In this document: one piece after another, positions 34,197 to 44,002 of the stretch
Numbering within the stretch: the first letter of the stretch is position 1
Layout of the letters: each line of letters begins with the position of its first letter
Source: Candidatus Micrarchaeia archaeon
Lineage (GTDB): Archaea > Micrarchaeota > Micrarchaeia > Burarchaeales > Fermentimicrarchaeaceae
Assembly: GCA_038871515.1 (NCBI GenBank)
Contig: JAVZHX010000001.1
Span: forward strand, 192,001 to 256,000
Length of the DNA: 64,000 nucleotides
Reading direction: 5' to 3'
Notes under the pieces: model-generated
Told to the model about the DNA's origin: nothing
The model's input: only the letters and a program-made list of their open reading frames with translations
Database searches by the model: none
Program-made: the position numbers and the translations under genes

Positions 34197-34870
34197 TGGT
34201 TGAGGAGGAGAAGTTCAACATTGATGAATGGAACCCAAAAACGGAAATTGGGAGAAAGGTTAAGAATAAGGAGATAACGTCAATTGAGCAGATATTTGAG
34301 ATGGGGAAGCCAATTGTTGAGGAGGAGATTGTTGATGCGCTTCTTCCAAATATTAAGGAGGAGGTTCTCGACATTTCAATGACGCAGAGAATGAGTGATA
34401 ATGGGAGGAAGACGCAGTTCAGAGCGATTGTGGTTGTTGGGGATGGGCAAGGGCATATTGGAGTTGGCTCTGGGAAAGCTGAGGAAGCGAAACCTGCAAT
34501 TGAGACTGCTGTGAGAGCTGCAAAGAGGAATGTGATAACTGTTCCTTTGGGATGTGGTTCTTGGGAGTGCGGTTGCAAGCAGAAGCACACCATACCGATA
34601 AAAGTTGTTGGTAAAAACGGCGGAGTTATAGTTACATTGAAGCCTGCTCCAAGAGGAGTTGGGATAGCTGCCCACGAAGTTGTGAGGAAGGTGCTCAGCA
34701 TGGCTGGCGTGAAGGACAGCTGGGGGTTTGCGAGAGGGAGAACAAGGAGCGTTTACAATACAGCAATGGCAACGTATGATGCGCTTGACAGCTTGAACAG
34801 AATGAAATTCCACCAGGAGTGGGATGTGCTGCTTGGAGGAGAGAAGGATGAAAAGAATAGCGGTAGTTAG
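34196..34870 (+). CDS. rps5: 30S ribosomal protein S5
   Basis: GCGSWECGC and PAPRGVG. Confidence 0.98.
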   Translation: MVEEEKFNIDEWNPKTEIGRKVKNKEITSIEQIFEMGKPIVEEEIVDALLPNIKEEVLDISMTQRMSDNGRKTQFRAIVVVGDGQGHIGVGSGKAEEAKPAIETAVRAAKRNVITVPLGCGSWECGCKQKHTIPIKVVGKNGGVIVTLKPAPRGVGIAAHEVVRKVLSMAGVKDSWGFARGRTRSVYNTAMATYDALDSLNRMKFHQEWDVLLGGEKDEKNSGS

Positions 34871-35303
34871 AGTGAGAGGGAGAGTTGGAGTGAGGGAGAA
34901 GGTTGAGGATACGCTGGAGAAGCTGAAGCTGACGAGGGTTAACCACTGCGTGATAGTTGATGATTCACCTCAAAAAATGGGGATGGTTGAGAAATGCTCA
35001 AATTACGTTACGTGGGGTGAGATAGATGCTCCAACGTTTGCGCTTATGGTTAAGAAGAGGGGGAGAATTGGAAGAAAAAGAGTGGATGAGGAGGAGATGA
35101 AAAAATCTGGTTTTGAGTCATTTGAAAAGTTTGCTGAGAAGTTCTGTAGTTTTGAATGCGAGCTTGAAGCAGTTGGAATTAAGGAAGTTTTCAGACTGCA
35201 TCCGCCAAGAGGAGGGCATAGGCATATTAAAAAACCATACCCTGAGGGAGCATTGGGGTATAGAGGGGAAAAGATAAATGAACTTTTGAGAAGGATGGTG
35301 TGA
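34848..35303 (+). CDS. rpl30: 50S ribosomal protein L30
   Basis: FRLHPPRGG and GALGYRGEKINELL.RM. Confidence 0.97.
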   Translation: MKRIAVVRVRGRVGVREKVEDTLEKLKLTRVNHCVIVDDSPQKMGMVEKCSNYVTWGEIDAPTFALMVKKRGRIGRKRVDEEEMKKSGFESFEKFAEKFCSFECELEAVGIKEVFRLHPPRGGHRHIKKPYPEGALGYRGEKINELLRRMV

Positions 35304-35305
35304 GA

Positions 35306-35722
35306 ATGGTTAGAAGGCATAAGAAGAGAAGCAGAAAATACCTTGGTTCAAGGAGCTGGGGAGCCGGAAATATAAAAAATAGAAGGGGAAAGGGAAGCAG
35401 AGGGGGGAAGGGTTATGCTGGCTCCCACAAGCACAGATGGACGTATATGGTGAAATATGAACCTGAGCATTTTGGGAGGAGCGGTTTCATCCCACCAAGG
35501 AGAAGGAAGTTGAGGGAGATAAACCTTCATGAGATAAATAAAATGATTTTAAATGGAAAGTTCGGCAAGGAGCAGTCAGGCAGGTTCATTGTTGAGCTGA
35601 AAGGGTATAAGGTGCTTGGCGCTGGGAAGCTTGATTTTCCGGCAATTGTGAAGGCAAGCGCATTTTCAAAGTCAGCTGCTGGCAAAATAAAGAGCTTTGG
35701 CGGTGATGCTGGAGTGGTATAA
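35306..35722 (+). CDS. rpl15: 50S ribosomal protein L15
   Basis: RGKGSRGGKGYAG and KVLGAG. Confidence 0.97.
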   Translation: MVRRHKKRSRKYLGSRSWGAGNIKNRRGKGSRGGKGYAGSHKHRWTYMVKYEPEHFGRSGFIPPRRRKLREINLHEINKMILNGKFGKEQSGRFIVELKGYKVLGAGKLDFPAIVKASAFSKSAAGKIKSFGGDAGVV

Positions 35723-37170
35723 TGGCGCTGGAGTTTCTTAAACCATTCACCGAAATTCTTCCTGAAATAAGAAACCCTGACAGGGCTCCTCCTCTTAGGG
35801 AGAAGGTTTACTGGACGGCTGCGGTGCTTGTGATATTCTTTGTTATGTATCACATCTACCCAATTGGGAGATACCCAATTCAGGAGAGCTTTGGGTTTGT
35901 GCAGATGATAACTGCAAGCAGAACAGGAAGTTTGATAACTGCTGGCATAGGGCCGATTGTGCTCGCTTCAATATTCCTTCAGCTCTTTGTTGGTTCAAAG
36001 ATAATTGAGATGGATTTGAATGATCCGGAGCAGAAGAAGCTTTTCCAGGGAACCCAGAAGCTTCTTGCGATACTGCTCGCATTCTTTGAGGCAGGCGTGT
36101 ATGTTTATGCGAAAGCAGTTCCGGTTATGGGAGCAGGCGTTCCTGCTGAAAACGTCACTCCTCTCTTTGGAAGTTTGTTTTTAACAGAGGTGCTTGTGAT
36201 ACTCCAGCTTGCGCTTGGTTCAATTATACTGCTTTATTTGGATGAGATTGTTGCGAAGTATGGAATTGGTTCTGGGATAAGTTTGTTCATAGCTGCTGGT
36301 GTTTCCCTTGCAGTGGTTCAAGGAACTTTCGGGGTGCTTGTCCCAACTGCAATGAGCCATCTTGCAGAAGGAGGAGCGAATGCAGTTCCGTACGCAATAC
36401 TTGCAATGCTGCCACTCGTTTTCTCCTTCATAGTTTTTCTTGCAAGCTCATACGCGGAGGGAATGAGGGTGGAAATTCCTCTTGTTTTTGAGAGGATAAG
36501 GGGGGTTGGCGGGAGATACCCAATTAAATTTTTATACGTCTCAAACGTTCCAGTGATTCTTGCAGCTGCGCTTATGATGAACTTCCAGTTGATTGCAAGG
36601 GCGGTTGGCAACAGTTCACTTTATATTGGAGGAGTGAATCTGATTCCATTCCTTTGCGTTGTTGACAGCAACGGAAGATTGGTGGATGGTTTGCTTTACC
36701 TCATAACACCAAGCTTTCCAAGCCCAATCAGCGTTGGCTACCCAACGTATGTTGGTTACCTGCTCAGCTCCTCAACCCAGTTCTTCCATATACCTGAATT
36801 CGTTCACGTCATAACTTACGTGATAAGCATGGTTGTGCTGTGCGTTATATTTGGTAAGTTCTGGATAGAGACAACTGGTATGGGTGCCAGAGATATTGCG
36901 GAGCAGTTGAAGGAAGCGGGTTTGCACGTTCCTGGCTTCAGAAGAGACCCAAGAGTTGTTGAGAAGGTTCTTGATAAGTACATACCAATGATAACAATAC
37001 TTGGAAGCATTTTTGTTGGCTTGCTTGCAGCATTCGCTGATTTGACTGGAGCACTTGGAACTGGGACTGGTATACTGCTCACAGTGAGTATACTGAATAA
37101 TATGTATGAAATAATGAAGAGGGAGCAGATGCTTGAGATGTACCCTGCTATTAAAAAGTTTGTTAGCTGA
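35722..37170 (+). CDS. secY: Preprotein translocase subunit SecY
   Basis: GIGPIV.ASI, GIGSGISLFI, YPIKFLY.SN and GTGTGILL. Confidence 0.98.
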   Translation: MALEFLKPFTEILPEIRNPDRAPPLREKVYWTAAVLVIFFVMYHIYPIGRYPIQESFGFVQMITASRTGSLITAGIGPIVLASIFLQLFVGSKIIEMDLNDPEQKKLFQGTQKLLAILLAFFEAGVYVYAKAVPVMGAGVPAENVTPLFGSLFLTEVLVILQLALGSIILLYLDEIVAKYGIGSGISLFIAAGVSLAVVQGTFGVLVPTAMSHLAEGGANAVPYAILAMLPLVFSFIVFLASSYAEGMRVEIPLVFERIRGVGGRYPIKFLYVSNVPVILAAALMMNFQLIARAVGNSSLYIGGVNLIPFLCVVDSNGRLVDGLLYLITPSFPSPISVGYPTYVGYLLSSSTQFFHIPEFVHVITYVISMVVLCVIFGKFWIETTGMGARDIAEQLKEAGLHVPGFRRDPRVVEKVLDKYIPMITILGSIFVGLLAAFADLTGALGTGTGILLTVSILNNMYEIMKREQMLEMYPAIKKFVS

Positions 37171-37180
37171 TGGTGGTTGT

Positions 37181-37744
37181 ATGATAGTTGTGATGGGTTT
37201 GCCCGGTGCTGGGAAAACAACCGTTCTTCAAAAAGCAATGGAGGGAATAAAGGGTTGGAGAGTTGTGAATTACGGGGATTTGATGTTTGAGATTGCGAGC
37301 AAGGAAGGGTTGGTTAAGGATAGGGATGAGATGAGGAAGTTGCCTGCGGAGAAGCAGAGGAGAATTCAGGGTATGGTGGGGGATAAGCTTGCTGGGATGA
37401 GCGGAAGGGTAATACTGGATACTCACTGCTCTGTGCGCACTCCACTTGGTTACATGCCAGGCTTGCCGTATGAGCAGTTGAGAAAGTTGAAAGTTGATTA
37501 TTTGGTTTTTGTAAGCGCACCTCCGAAGGATATTCTTGGAAGGAGGAAGAGGGATAAAAGCAGAAAGAGGGATGTTGTGGGTGTTGCTGAAATAGAAGCA
37601 GACCTTGCGGTTAACACTGCGTATCTGTGCGCTTACTCGGTTCTCAGCGGTGCGGATGTTAGCATTATAGTTAACGCTGATGGAAAGCTTGAGGAGGCAG
37701 CGGGGAAGCTTGGTGAGATAATCAAAAGCGTAGGTGAGAGGTAA
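37181..37744 (+). CDS. adkA: Adenylate kinase (archaeal type)
   Basis: GLPGAGKTT, RDEMRKL and DTH motifs; position after secY. Confidence 0.95.
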   Translation: MIVVMGLPGAGKTTVLQKAMEGIKGWRVVNYGDLMFEIASKEGLVKDRDEMRKLPAEKQRRIQGMVGDKLAGMSGRVILDTHCSVRTPLGYMPGLPYEQLRKLKVDYLVFVSAPPKDILGRRKRDKSRKRDVVGVAEIEADLAVNTAYLCAYSVLSGADVSIIVNADGKLEEAAGKLGEIIKSVGER

Positions 37745-38241
37745 TGGATGATTCAACAGTTGCTTTCTTTGCAATATCGTTAACTGCGCTGGTTTATACG
37801 GTAGTTTCGATGCATATAATGAGAGTTCTAGGCACCAGGAAGAGGGTGAGGGAGATTCAGGAGGAGATGAATAGAATAAGCGTAAAGCTTAGGAAAATTG
37901 ATTACAGCACAGAGGCTGGGAGGAGGGAAGCAGAAGAAGAGCAGAAGAAAATACCAGCACTGATGAACGAAAGTATGATGCTTCAGTTCAAATCGCTTTT
38001 CGTTGTGATACCCATATTTTTGCTGGTGAGCTACTTTGTGAAAACACTCTTTCCAAATTTTGTGATAAAGTTTCCATTTTCCCTCCCAATTTTTATACAG
38101 AACTTGGAGAATTTTCCAAACTGGAGGGATGAGTTTGGGCCTTTTGGATGGTTCGTGTTATGTTCATTCTTTTCAGGTTTGCTGATACAGGCGATAATTG
38201 AAAGAAAGAGCAAGAGGGGGAAGGATGCTGCCAAGGTTTAG
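37744..38241 (+). CDS. DUF106/EMC3-TMCO1 family membrane protein
   Basis: TM, coiled coil, TM topology with GWF..CS; conserved position after adk. Confidence 0.85.
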   Translation: MDDSTVAFFAISLTALVYTVVSMHIMRVLGTRKRVREIQEEMNRISVKLRKIDYSTEAGRREAEEEQKKIPALMNESMMLQFKSLFVVIPIFLLVSYFVKTLFPNFVIKFPFSLPIFIQNLENFPNWRDEFGPFGWFVLCSFFSGLLIQAIIERKSKRGKDAAKV

Positions 38242-38524
38242 GTCAAAATCAGTTAGAAAAATTATAAGAAGAACGCCAAAAGGAGTTTCAACCAGGTTTG
38301 AGAGGAAGAGAAGCAGAGGAGGAAGGTGTGCTTTGTGTGGAGTTAAACTGATATACGGAGAAGGTGCGAAAAGCAAGAAAAAACCAAGCAGAAAGTTTGG
38401 CGGAGTGCTATGCGCTAAATGCTCTTTTGAAGTGCTGAAGCTTGCTGGGAAAGTTAAAGCAAATCACATAAAGCTTGAGGATATTGAGGTGAGGAAGAGG
38501 AAGTTTGTGAAGGTGGTGAAATGA
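38225..38524 (+). CDS. rpl34e: 50S ribosomal protein L34e
   Basis: RTPKG, CALCG and PSR.FGGVLC..C. Confidence 0.95.
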   Translation: MLPRFRSKSVRKIIRRTPKGVSTRFERKRSRGGRCALCGVKLIYGEGAKSKKKPSRKFGGVLCAKCSFEVLKLAGKVKANHIKLEDIEVRKRKFVKVVK

Positions 38525-39048
38525 TAATATGCATCTCTGGTTTGGCTGGCTCTGGGAAGAATACGGTTGGTGAGATAGTTGCTAAAAAACTTAATTTGAA
38601 GGAAGTTAAGCTTTCTTTTAAAGATGAGGCAGAAAAGGAGGGTAAGGAGCTGATGAAAATTCAGAGGGAGGCAGGAAGAGATGAGAGCTACGACAGAAAG
38701 CTTGATAGAGAGGTAGTCAAGAGGGCGAAGAAAGGGAATTGCGTTGTTATGACGTGGTTGGGTCCTTGGATGGTGAAGAATGCTGATTTGAGAGTTTGGC
38801 TGAATGTGAGCGAGAAGGAGAGGGCGAGGAGGGTTGCGAAGAGGGATAAGATGAGTTTCAGGGAAGCGCTTGCGCATATAAGGAAGAGGGACAGGGATAA
38901 TATAAGGAGGTATAAGCGTTATTATGGAATTGATATAACTGACCACAGCATATTTGATTTGGAGATAAACTCAGATGTGTTCAACCCCCAGCAGATAGCG
39001 GATATCATAATTAAGGCTGCTGAGGCAAAGCGCGCATTGAGGAGGTGA
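38521..39048 (+). CDS. cmk: Cytidylate kinase
   Basis: ISGLAGSGK.T and RYKRYYGIDI.D. Confidence 0.93.
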   Translation: MIICISGLAGSGKNTVGEIVAKKLNLKEVKLSFKDEAEKEGKELMKIQREAGRDESYDRKLDREVVKRAKKGNCVVMTWLGPWMVKNADLRVWLNVSEKERARRVAKRDKMSFREALAHIRKRDRDNIRRYKRYYGIDITDHSIFDLEINSDVFNPQQIADIIIKAAEAKRALRR

Positions 39049-39052
39049 TGGA

Positions 39053-39277
39053 ATGGCAGCCATCGGAGTTGGAAGTGTCTGCATGAAAAACAGGGGAAGG
39101 GATGCTGGGAAGAAATGCGTTGTTGTTAATTTGGTTGATGCAAGGTATGTTGAAGTTATCTGTGCTGGCAGGAAGAAGAGGAGGAAGTGCAATGTGAGGC
39201 ACTTGGAACCGCTTGGTGAGAAAATTGAGGTGAAGGGAACGGATGAGGAAGTAAGAAAAATGCTTGAGAGTGGATGA
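39053..39277 (+). CDS. rpl14e: 50S ribosomal protein L14e
   Basis: GRDAGKKCVVV and RKCNVRHLEP. Confidence 0.96.
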   Translation: MAAIGVGSVCMKNRGRDAGKKCVVVNLVDARYVEVICAGRKKRRKCNVRHLEPLGEKIEVKGTDEEVRKMLESG

Positions 39278-40223
39278 GATGCTGGTGAAATTTGAAGAGG
39301 AAACTGATGAAAGTTTTGGAAAGCGCCCTGAAGAGAGGAGCGTTGAGGAGCTTGTGGAGTCAGGAGTGGTGTTCATTGATAAACCCCAGGGGCCGTCAAG
39401 CCACGAGGTGACTGCGTGGGTTAGAAAAATGCTGAACGCATCAAAAGCAGGGCATTCTGGCACTCTTGACCCAAATGTAAGCGGAGTGCTCCCAGTTGGT
39501 TTGAACAGAGCTACAAGGGTGATGGGTTTTATGCTGAAAGGTTCAAAAGAGTATGTTGGTATAATAAAGTTCCATCGCGAGGTTGGGGAGGAGGAAGTCG
39601 TGAATATGTTCAGGAAGTTCACTGGCGAAGTTGAGCAGATTCCACCCGTTAAGTCAGCTGTGAGAAGGGTGTTGAGGAAGAGAAAAGTTTATTATCTTGA
39701 AGCTTTAGAATTTAATGGCAGAGAAGTCCTCTTTAGAGTTGGATGCGAGGCTGGGACGTATATAAGAAAGCTCTGCTTTGACATTGGAAAGGAGTTAGGA
39801 TGCGGAGCTAATATGCTTGAGCTGAGAAGGACAAAAGTTGGGGGGATTGAGGAGAGCCAGCTTTCAACTCTGCAGGAGGTGAAGGATGCTTTCTGGCTGT
39901 GGAATGAAAAAGGGGATGAGAGGGAGATGAGGAGAGTTATTCATCCTGTTGAAAAAGCATTGGATTTGAAAAAGGTTTGGCTGAGGGATTCAGCAGTCGA
40001 ATCGGTTTGCTCTGGTGCTGTGCTTGCAGCACCGGGAGTTGCAAAAGTTGAGGAGGGGATTGTTGCTGGTGATGCAGTTGCGTTGATGAGCTTGAAAGAT
40101 GAGCTCGTTGCGATAGGTGTCGCTGAGGTGAGCTCGCAGGAAATGTATGAGATGGAGAAGGGAGTTGTTGTAAAACCGAAGAGGGTGATGATGAAAAAGG
40201 GAACGTATCCAAAATGCTGGTGA
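39270..40223 (+). CDS. cbf5: H/ACA pseudouridine synthase Cbf5
   Basis: DKPQGPSSHEV, GHSGTLDP, GTYIRKL and PUA domain; start uncertain by a few codons. Confidence 0.96.
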   Translation: MDEMLVKFEEETDESFGKRPEERSVEELVESGVVFIDKPQGPSSHEVTAWVRKMLNASKAGHSGTLDPNVSGVLPVGLNRATRVMGFMLKGSKEYVGIIKFHREVGEEEVVNMFRKFTGEVEQIPPVKSAVRRVLRKRKVYYLEALEFNGREVLFRVGCEAGTYIRKLCFDIGKELGCGANMLELRRTKVGGIEESQLSTLQEVKDAFWLWNEKGDEREMRRVIHPVEKALDLKKVWLRDSAVESVCSGAVLAAPGVAKVEEGIVAGDAVALMSLKDELVAIGVAEVSSQEMYEMEKGVVVKPKRVMMKKGTYPKCW

Positions 40224-40224
40224 T

Positions 40225-40323
40225 GCCGGGGTGACGGAATCTGGTCAACGTGTACGCCTGGAGAGCATCCCGGCAAGCGTATGGCCTTCACGGGCCTTAT
40301 GGGTTCAAATCCCATCCCCGGCG
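40225..40323 (+). tRNA. tRNA-Ser(GGA) with a 12-nt canonical 37/38 intron (40264-40275)
   Basis: TACGC-CT GGA G|AGCATCCCGGCA|A-GCGTA; BHB central helix CTGG/CCGG; long variable arm. Confidence 0.92.
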
Positions 40324-40336
40324 CTAAAGTGATTGT

Positions 40337-40888
40337 ATGGCAAAGAAAAAGGTTGAGGAATCTGGAGAGATGAAGCGGGAGATAAGGGGAGTTGTAAGAA
40401 TAGCTGGCAGGGATATAAAGGGTGAGACGAAACTGCGCAAAGCACTTATGCAGATTAAAGGGATAGGGGTGACGCTGAGCATGGTGCTGACGAAAGTTGT
40501 TTCCTCCAAGCTGGGAGTTCCGAAAGATGTTATGATTGGGGAGTTGAGCGAGGAGCAGGTTGATAAACTCAGCGATATAATCAGCAACCCAGCGAAGTAT
40601 GGAGTTCCTGAGAGGTTGCTGAACAGGCAGCGCGATTGGGAAACAGATCAGAGCGTTCACCTTGTTGGAAGCGAGCTTGCTTTTAGGGTTAAGCAGGATG
40701 TAACTAAAATGAAGGAGTTGAATACGTGGAAAGGGTTTAGACACGCATATGGGCAGAAGGTGAGGGGGCAGAGGACGAGGACAACTGGAAGGACTGGCAT
40801 GACTGTTGGTGTGCTGAGAAAAGCTATGCTTGCAAAGATGAAGGAAGCAAAGGCAGGAGAAGAGAAGAAAGAGGAGAAGAAGGAGTGA
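40337..40888 (+). CDS. rps13: 30S ribosomal protein S13
   Basis: IKGIG and GQKVRGQRTRTTGR. Confidence 0.98.
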   Translation: MAKKKVEESGEMKREIRGVVRIAGRDIKGETKLRKALMQIKGIGVTLSMVLTKVVSSKLGVPKDVMIGELSEEQVDKLSDIISNPAKYGVPERLLNRQRDWETDQSVHLVGSELAFRVKQDVTKMKELNTWKGFRHAYGQKVRGQRTRTTGRTGMTVGVLRKAMLAKMKEAKAGEEKKEEKKE

Positions 40889-40894
40889 TGAGTT

Positions 40895-41428
40895 ATGGGA
40901 GACCCAAGAAAGTTGAAAAGAAAGTATGAGTCGCCAAGAAAAGCCTGGGATAAAGCTAGAATTGAGGAGGAGAATAAACTGCTTGAGGAGTTTGGCTTGA
41001 AAAACATGAGAGAGTTGAGAGTGATGCAGATGGAGCTGAAGAAAATAAGGAGGGAAGCAAGAAGATTGCTTTCTATGGGGGATGAGGGAAGGAAGCTTGG
41101 GGAGCCTCTGCTGAAAAGAGTGGTGAGGTTGGGCATGGCAAAGCCGGAAACAACTCTGGAGGATTTGCTTTCTCTTACAATAAGGGATGTGCTTGAGAGA
41201 AGGTTGCAGACAAGGGTGTTTAAGAAAGGGCTTGCGAGAAGTATAAAACAGAGCAGGCAGCTCATCGCGCATGGGCATATTGCGGTGAATGGCAGAAAAG
41301 TTTCTGCGCCAAGCTACCTTGTTCCAATTGATGAGGAGGATAAAATTGGGTATTACAAGGGAGTTGATTTTATACCAATTGCCGTGAAAAAGAATGTGGA
41401 GGGTGAGAAGGTTGGTGGAGAAAGCTGA
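40895..41428 (+). CDS. rps4: 30S ribosomal protein S4
   Basis: MGDPRK, LERRLQT and RQLIAHGHI. Confidence 0.98.
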   Translation: MGDPRKLKRKYESPRKAWDKARIEEENKLLEEFGLKNMRELRVMQMELKKIRREARRLLSMGDEGRKLGEPLLKRVVRLGMAKPETTLEDLLSLTIRDVLERRLQTRVFKKGLARSIKQSRQLIAHGHIAVNGRKVSAPSYLVPIDEEDKIGYYKGVDFIPIAVKKNVEGEKVGGES

Positions 41429-41834
41429 AGAGGAAGAGAAGAAAAGAAGAAGAGAGTTGTGGGGAGTTGCTCACATTTACTCCTCAAAAAACGATACAAT
41501 AATAACAATAACCGATATAAGTGGTGCTGAGACGATTGCAGTTGGCAGTGGAGGGATGATAGTGAAAGCAGATAGAGAGGAGGGTTCTCCTTATGCTGCT
41601 ATGCAGGCTGCATTCAGAGCTGCAAGCAAAGCAAAGGAGAGAGGGATAACGGGTGTTCATATTAAAATAAGGGCTCCTGGAGGGCATGGGAATAAAACTC
41701 CTGGCCCAGGTGCGCAGGCAGTTGTGAGAGCACTTGCAAGGTCTGGGTTGAGAATTGGGAGAATAGAGGATGTGACGCCAATTCCAACGGATACCACAAA
41801 ACGGCCTGGCGGGAGGAGAGGGAGGAGAGTTTAG
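41415..41834 (+). CDS. rps11: 30S ribosomal protein S11
   Basis: SPYAAM and IEDVTPIP.D...[10 protein letters not shown]; start uncertain. Confidence 0.98.
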   Translation: MEKAEEEEKKRRRELWGVAHIYSSKNDTIITITDISGAETIAVGSGGMIVKADREEGSPYAAMQAAFRAASKAKERGITGVHIKIRAPGGHGNKTPGPGAQAVVRALARSGLRIGRIEDVTPIPTDTTKRPGGRRGRRV

Positions 41835-41843
41835 GGTGGTTGC

Positions 41844-42422
41844 TTGAAAATTGAGGTTATTCACTCAAAAGAAAATGAAATGGAGTTTTTGCTGAAGGAT
41901 GCGACAGTTGCATTTGCAAATGCAATCAGGAGAATTGGCATGTCGCAGGTTCCAGTGTTTGCAATAGACACAGTGACGTTTTATGAGAACACCTCATCAA
42001 TTTTTGATGAGTACATAGCAAACAGACTTGGATTGATTCCGCTAACAAGTGAGGGTAAGCACAAGAGTGATGAGGAGGTGCTTTTCACTCTTGATTCTGC
42101 TGGACCGAAAGTTGTTTACTCAAAAGAGTTGAAGAGCTCAAACCCAAAAGTTAAGTGCGTTTATGATAATATACCAATAATAAAGCTTGGGGAGGAAGGG
42201 AGGGTAAGGCTTGAGGCAAAAGCAAGGTTGGGAACAGGGGCGGAGCATGCGAAGTTTCAAGCAGGTTTAATCTCTTATGGTTATGAGAAAGGTGATGAAA
42301 GAAACTTCAAGTTCAGAGTTGAATCGTTTGGACAGATGAGCGCAAAAGAAATTTTGATGAAAGCTGCTGAGAAGTTGCTGGAGAAGTGCGAGGAGCTGGA
42401 GAGCCAGCTCAAGGAGGTGTGA
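41844..42422 (+). CDS. rpoD: RNA polymerase subunit D (short form without a Fe-S insert)
   Basis: ANAIRR, DEYIANRLGLIPL and G.EHAKF. Confidence 0.96.
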   Translation: MKIEVIHSKENEMEFLLKDATVAFANAIRRIGMSQVPVFAIDTVTFYENTSSIFDEYIANRLGLIPLTSEGKHKSDEEVLFTLDSAGPKVVYSKELKSSNPKVKCVYDNIPIIKLGEEGRVRLEAKARLGTGAEHAKFQAGLISYGYEKGDERNFKFRVESFGQMSAKEILMKAAEKLLEKCEELESQLKEV

Positions 42423-42423
42423 T

Positions 42424-42529
42424 GCGGGGGTGGCAGAGTCAGGTCAAATGCGCAGGACTGAGGCTCCTGTGCCTTTAGTGGCTGCGTGGGTTCAAACCGA
42501 GAGGTTGCCCAAAAATCCCATCCCCCGCA
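42424..42529 (+). tRNA. tRNA-Leu(GAG) with a 19-nt T-loop intron (56/57; 42494-42512)
   Basis: CAGGA-CT GAG GC-TCCTG; BHB GGGT-TC|A AACC GAGA GGTT GCCC-AA|A; splicing restores TTCAAAT. Confidence 0.93.
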
Positions 42530-42543
42530 TTTTTGGTGATTGA

Positions 42544-42903
42544 ATGAAAAGAGGTCCGGAAAGCAGAAAAACAATTCAACTCATAGATACTCTGAAGAAG
42601 AAAGCAGTTGAGAATAAAGCAGCGGTGTGGAGGAGAGTTGCAGAAAGGTTGAGCAAGCCGGCTAGAAGAAGGAGTGAGGTGAATGTTCATAAAATAAACA
42701 GATGCACGAAGCAAGGAGACATGATTGTTGTGCCTGGTAAGGTGCTTGGGAGTGGTTCAATTAACCATGCAGTGACTGTTGCAGCGCACAGTTTTTCAGC
42801 AAGCGCTGTGGAAAAAATAAGGAAAGCTGGGGGAAGCTGCATAAGCATTGAGGAGGCAGTTGAGAGGAACCCAAAAGGAAGCGGTGTTGTGTTGATGGAG
42901 TGA
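42544..42903 (+). CDS. rpl18e: 50S ribosomal protein L18e
   Basis: VVPGKVLGSG and FSASA.EKI. Confidence 0.97.
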   Translation: MKRGPESRKTIQLIDTLKKKAVENKAAVWRRVAERLSKPARRRSEVNVHKINRCTKQGDMIVVPGKVLGSGSINHAVTVAAHSFSASAVEKIRKAGGSCISIEEAVERNPKGSGVVLME

Positions 42904-42907
42904 AAAG

Positions 42908-43339
42908 ATGAAAGTGATAGATGGAACGGATTTATCTTTGGGAAGGATGGGGGCGAGAGTTGCCAAGTATTTGTTAAAAGGGGAGGAGGTTGTTATTCTC
43001 AATGCTGAGAAAGTGGCAATAGCTGGAAGCTTGAATGAGATTGTGCGTAAATACAGAAAGAGAATGGAGAGGAAGGATAAAGCGAATCCGGAGCACTCAG
43101 CGAAAACTCCAAGAAGGCCGGATTTGTTTGTGAAGAGAGCTATAAGGGGGATGCTTCCTTTCAAAAGCTCAAGGGGGCGAGATGCTTTCAAAAAACTGAG
43201 GGTGTATATTGGCGAGCCTGAGGAGTTCAAAGGAGCTGAGAGGGTGAACCTTTCTGAAGCAAGCTGCAGAGGAGTGAAGGGAAGGTATTACAGTGTTAAG
43301 GAAGTTTGTGAGAGATTAGGTTATAGGGTGTTTGAATGA
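42908..43339 (+). CDS. rpl13: 50S ribosomal protein L13
   Basis: LGR, NAEK and RAIRGMLP. Confidence 0.97.
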   Translation: MKVIDGTDLSLGRMGARVAKYLLKGEEVVILNAEKVAIAGSLNEIVRKYRKRMERKDKANPEHSAKTPRRPDLFVKRAIRGMLPFKSSRGRDAFKKLRVYIGEPEEFKGAERVNLSEASCRGVKGRYYSVKEVCERLGYRVFE

Positions 43340-43794
43340 AGAGAGCTGTTAAGAGAAAAGTTGCGAGGAAGAAGGAGAAGCCTGCTGAGAAGAAAGTGAA
43401 GGTAGTTGTGGCAAGAGGTAAGAGGAAGAGTAGCATTGCAAGGGCGTATGTTAAAGAAGGGAAGGGAGTGGTACGAGTGAATAGGGTTTCTGTTGATGCA
43501 ATTCAGAATAGATATGTTAAAAATATTATAATGGAGCCAATTCTTCTGGCTGGTGAGAAAGCAAAGGGGTTGGATGTGATGGTGAATGTAGCTGGAGGGG
43601 GAGTGATGGGGCAGGCGGAGGCTGCGAGGACTGCAATTGCAAGAGGTATAGTGGAGTTCACAGGTGATGCTGAGCTGAAGGAAAGGATGCAGGAGAGGGA
43701 TAGGTTTATGCTTCTGGAGGATGTGAGAAGGGTGGAGCCGAAGAAGTATAAAGGGCCGAAAGCAAGGGCGAGGTTCCAAAAATCTTATAGGTGA
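43336..43794 (+). CDS. rps9: 30S ribosomal protein S9
   Basis: [10 protein letters not shown] and [10 protein letters not shown]. Confidence 0.98.
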   Translation: MKRAVKRKVARKKEKPAEKKVKVVVARGKRKSSIARAYVKEGKGVVRVNRVSVDAIQNRYVKNIIMEPILLAGEKAKGLDVMVNVAGGGVMGQAEAARTAIARGIVEFTGDAELKERMQERDRFMLLEDVRRVEPKKYKGPKARARFQKSYR

Positions 43795-43798
43795 TTGT

Positions 43799-43996
43799 AT
43801 GATGATTCCAGTAAGGTGTTTTACGTGTGGAGCGGTGATTGCTCACAAGTATGATGAGTATGTTAAAAAGGTGAAGGAAGGTGAGAAGCCGGATAAGGTT
43901 TTGGATAAGCTTGGGTTCAAAAGATATTGCTGCAGAAGAATGTTCCTGAGCCATGTGGATTTGGTAGATGAAGTGATAAAGTACGGAAGGGATTAG
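43799..43996 (+). CDS. rpoN: RNA polymerase subunit N
   Basis: PVRCFTCG and RYCCRRM. Confidence 0.98.
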   Translation: MMIPVRCFTCGAVIAHKYDEYVKKVKEGEKPDKVLDKLGFKRYCCRRMFLSHVDLVDEVIKYGRD

Positions 43997-44002
43997 GTTG
44001 AC

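Noticed and set aside
39270..40223. Possible cbf5 mRNA intron as in Thermoproteota
   Set aside because: The reading frame is continuous through GPSSHEV, with no insert.
39941..41278. 445-aa antisense ORF and the many other antisense ORFs across the ribosomal cluster
   Set aside because: Shadows of purine-rich coding strands; it also crosses a tRNA and has no recognisable domain.
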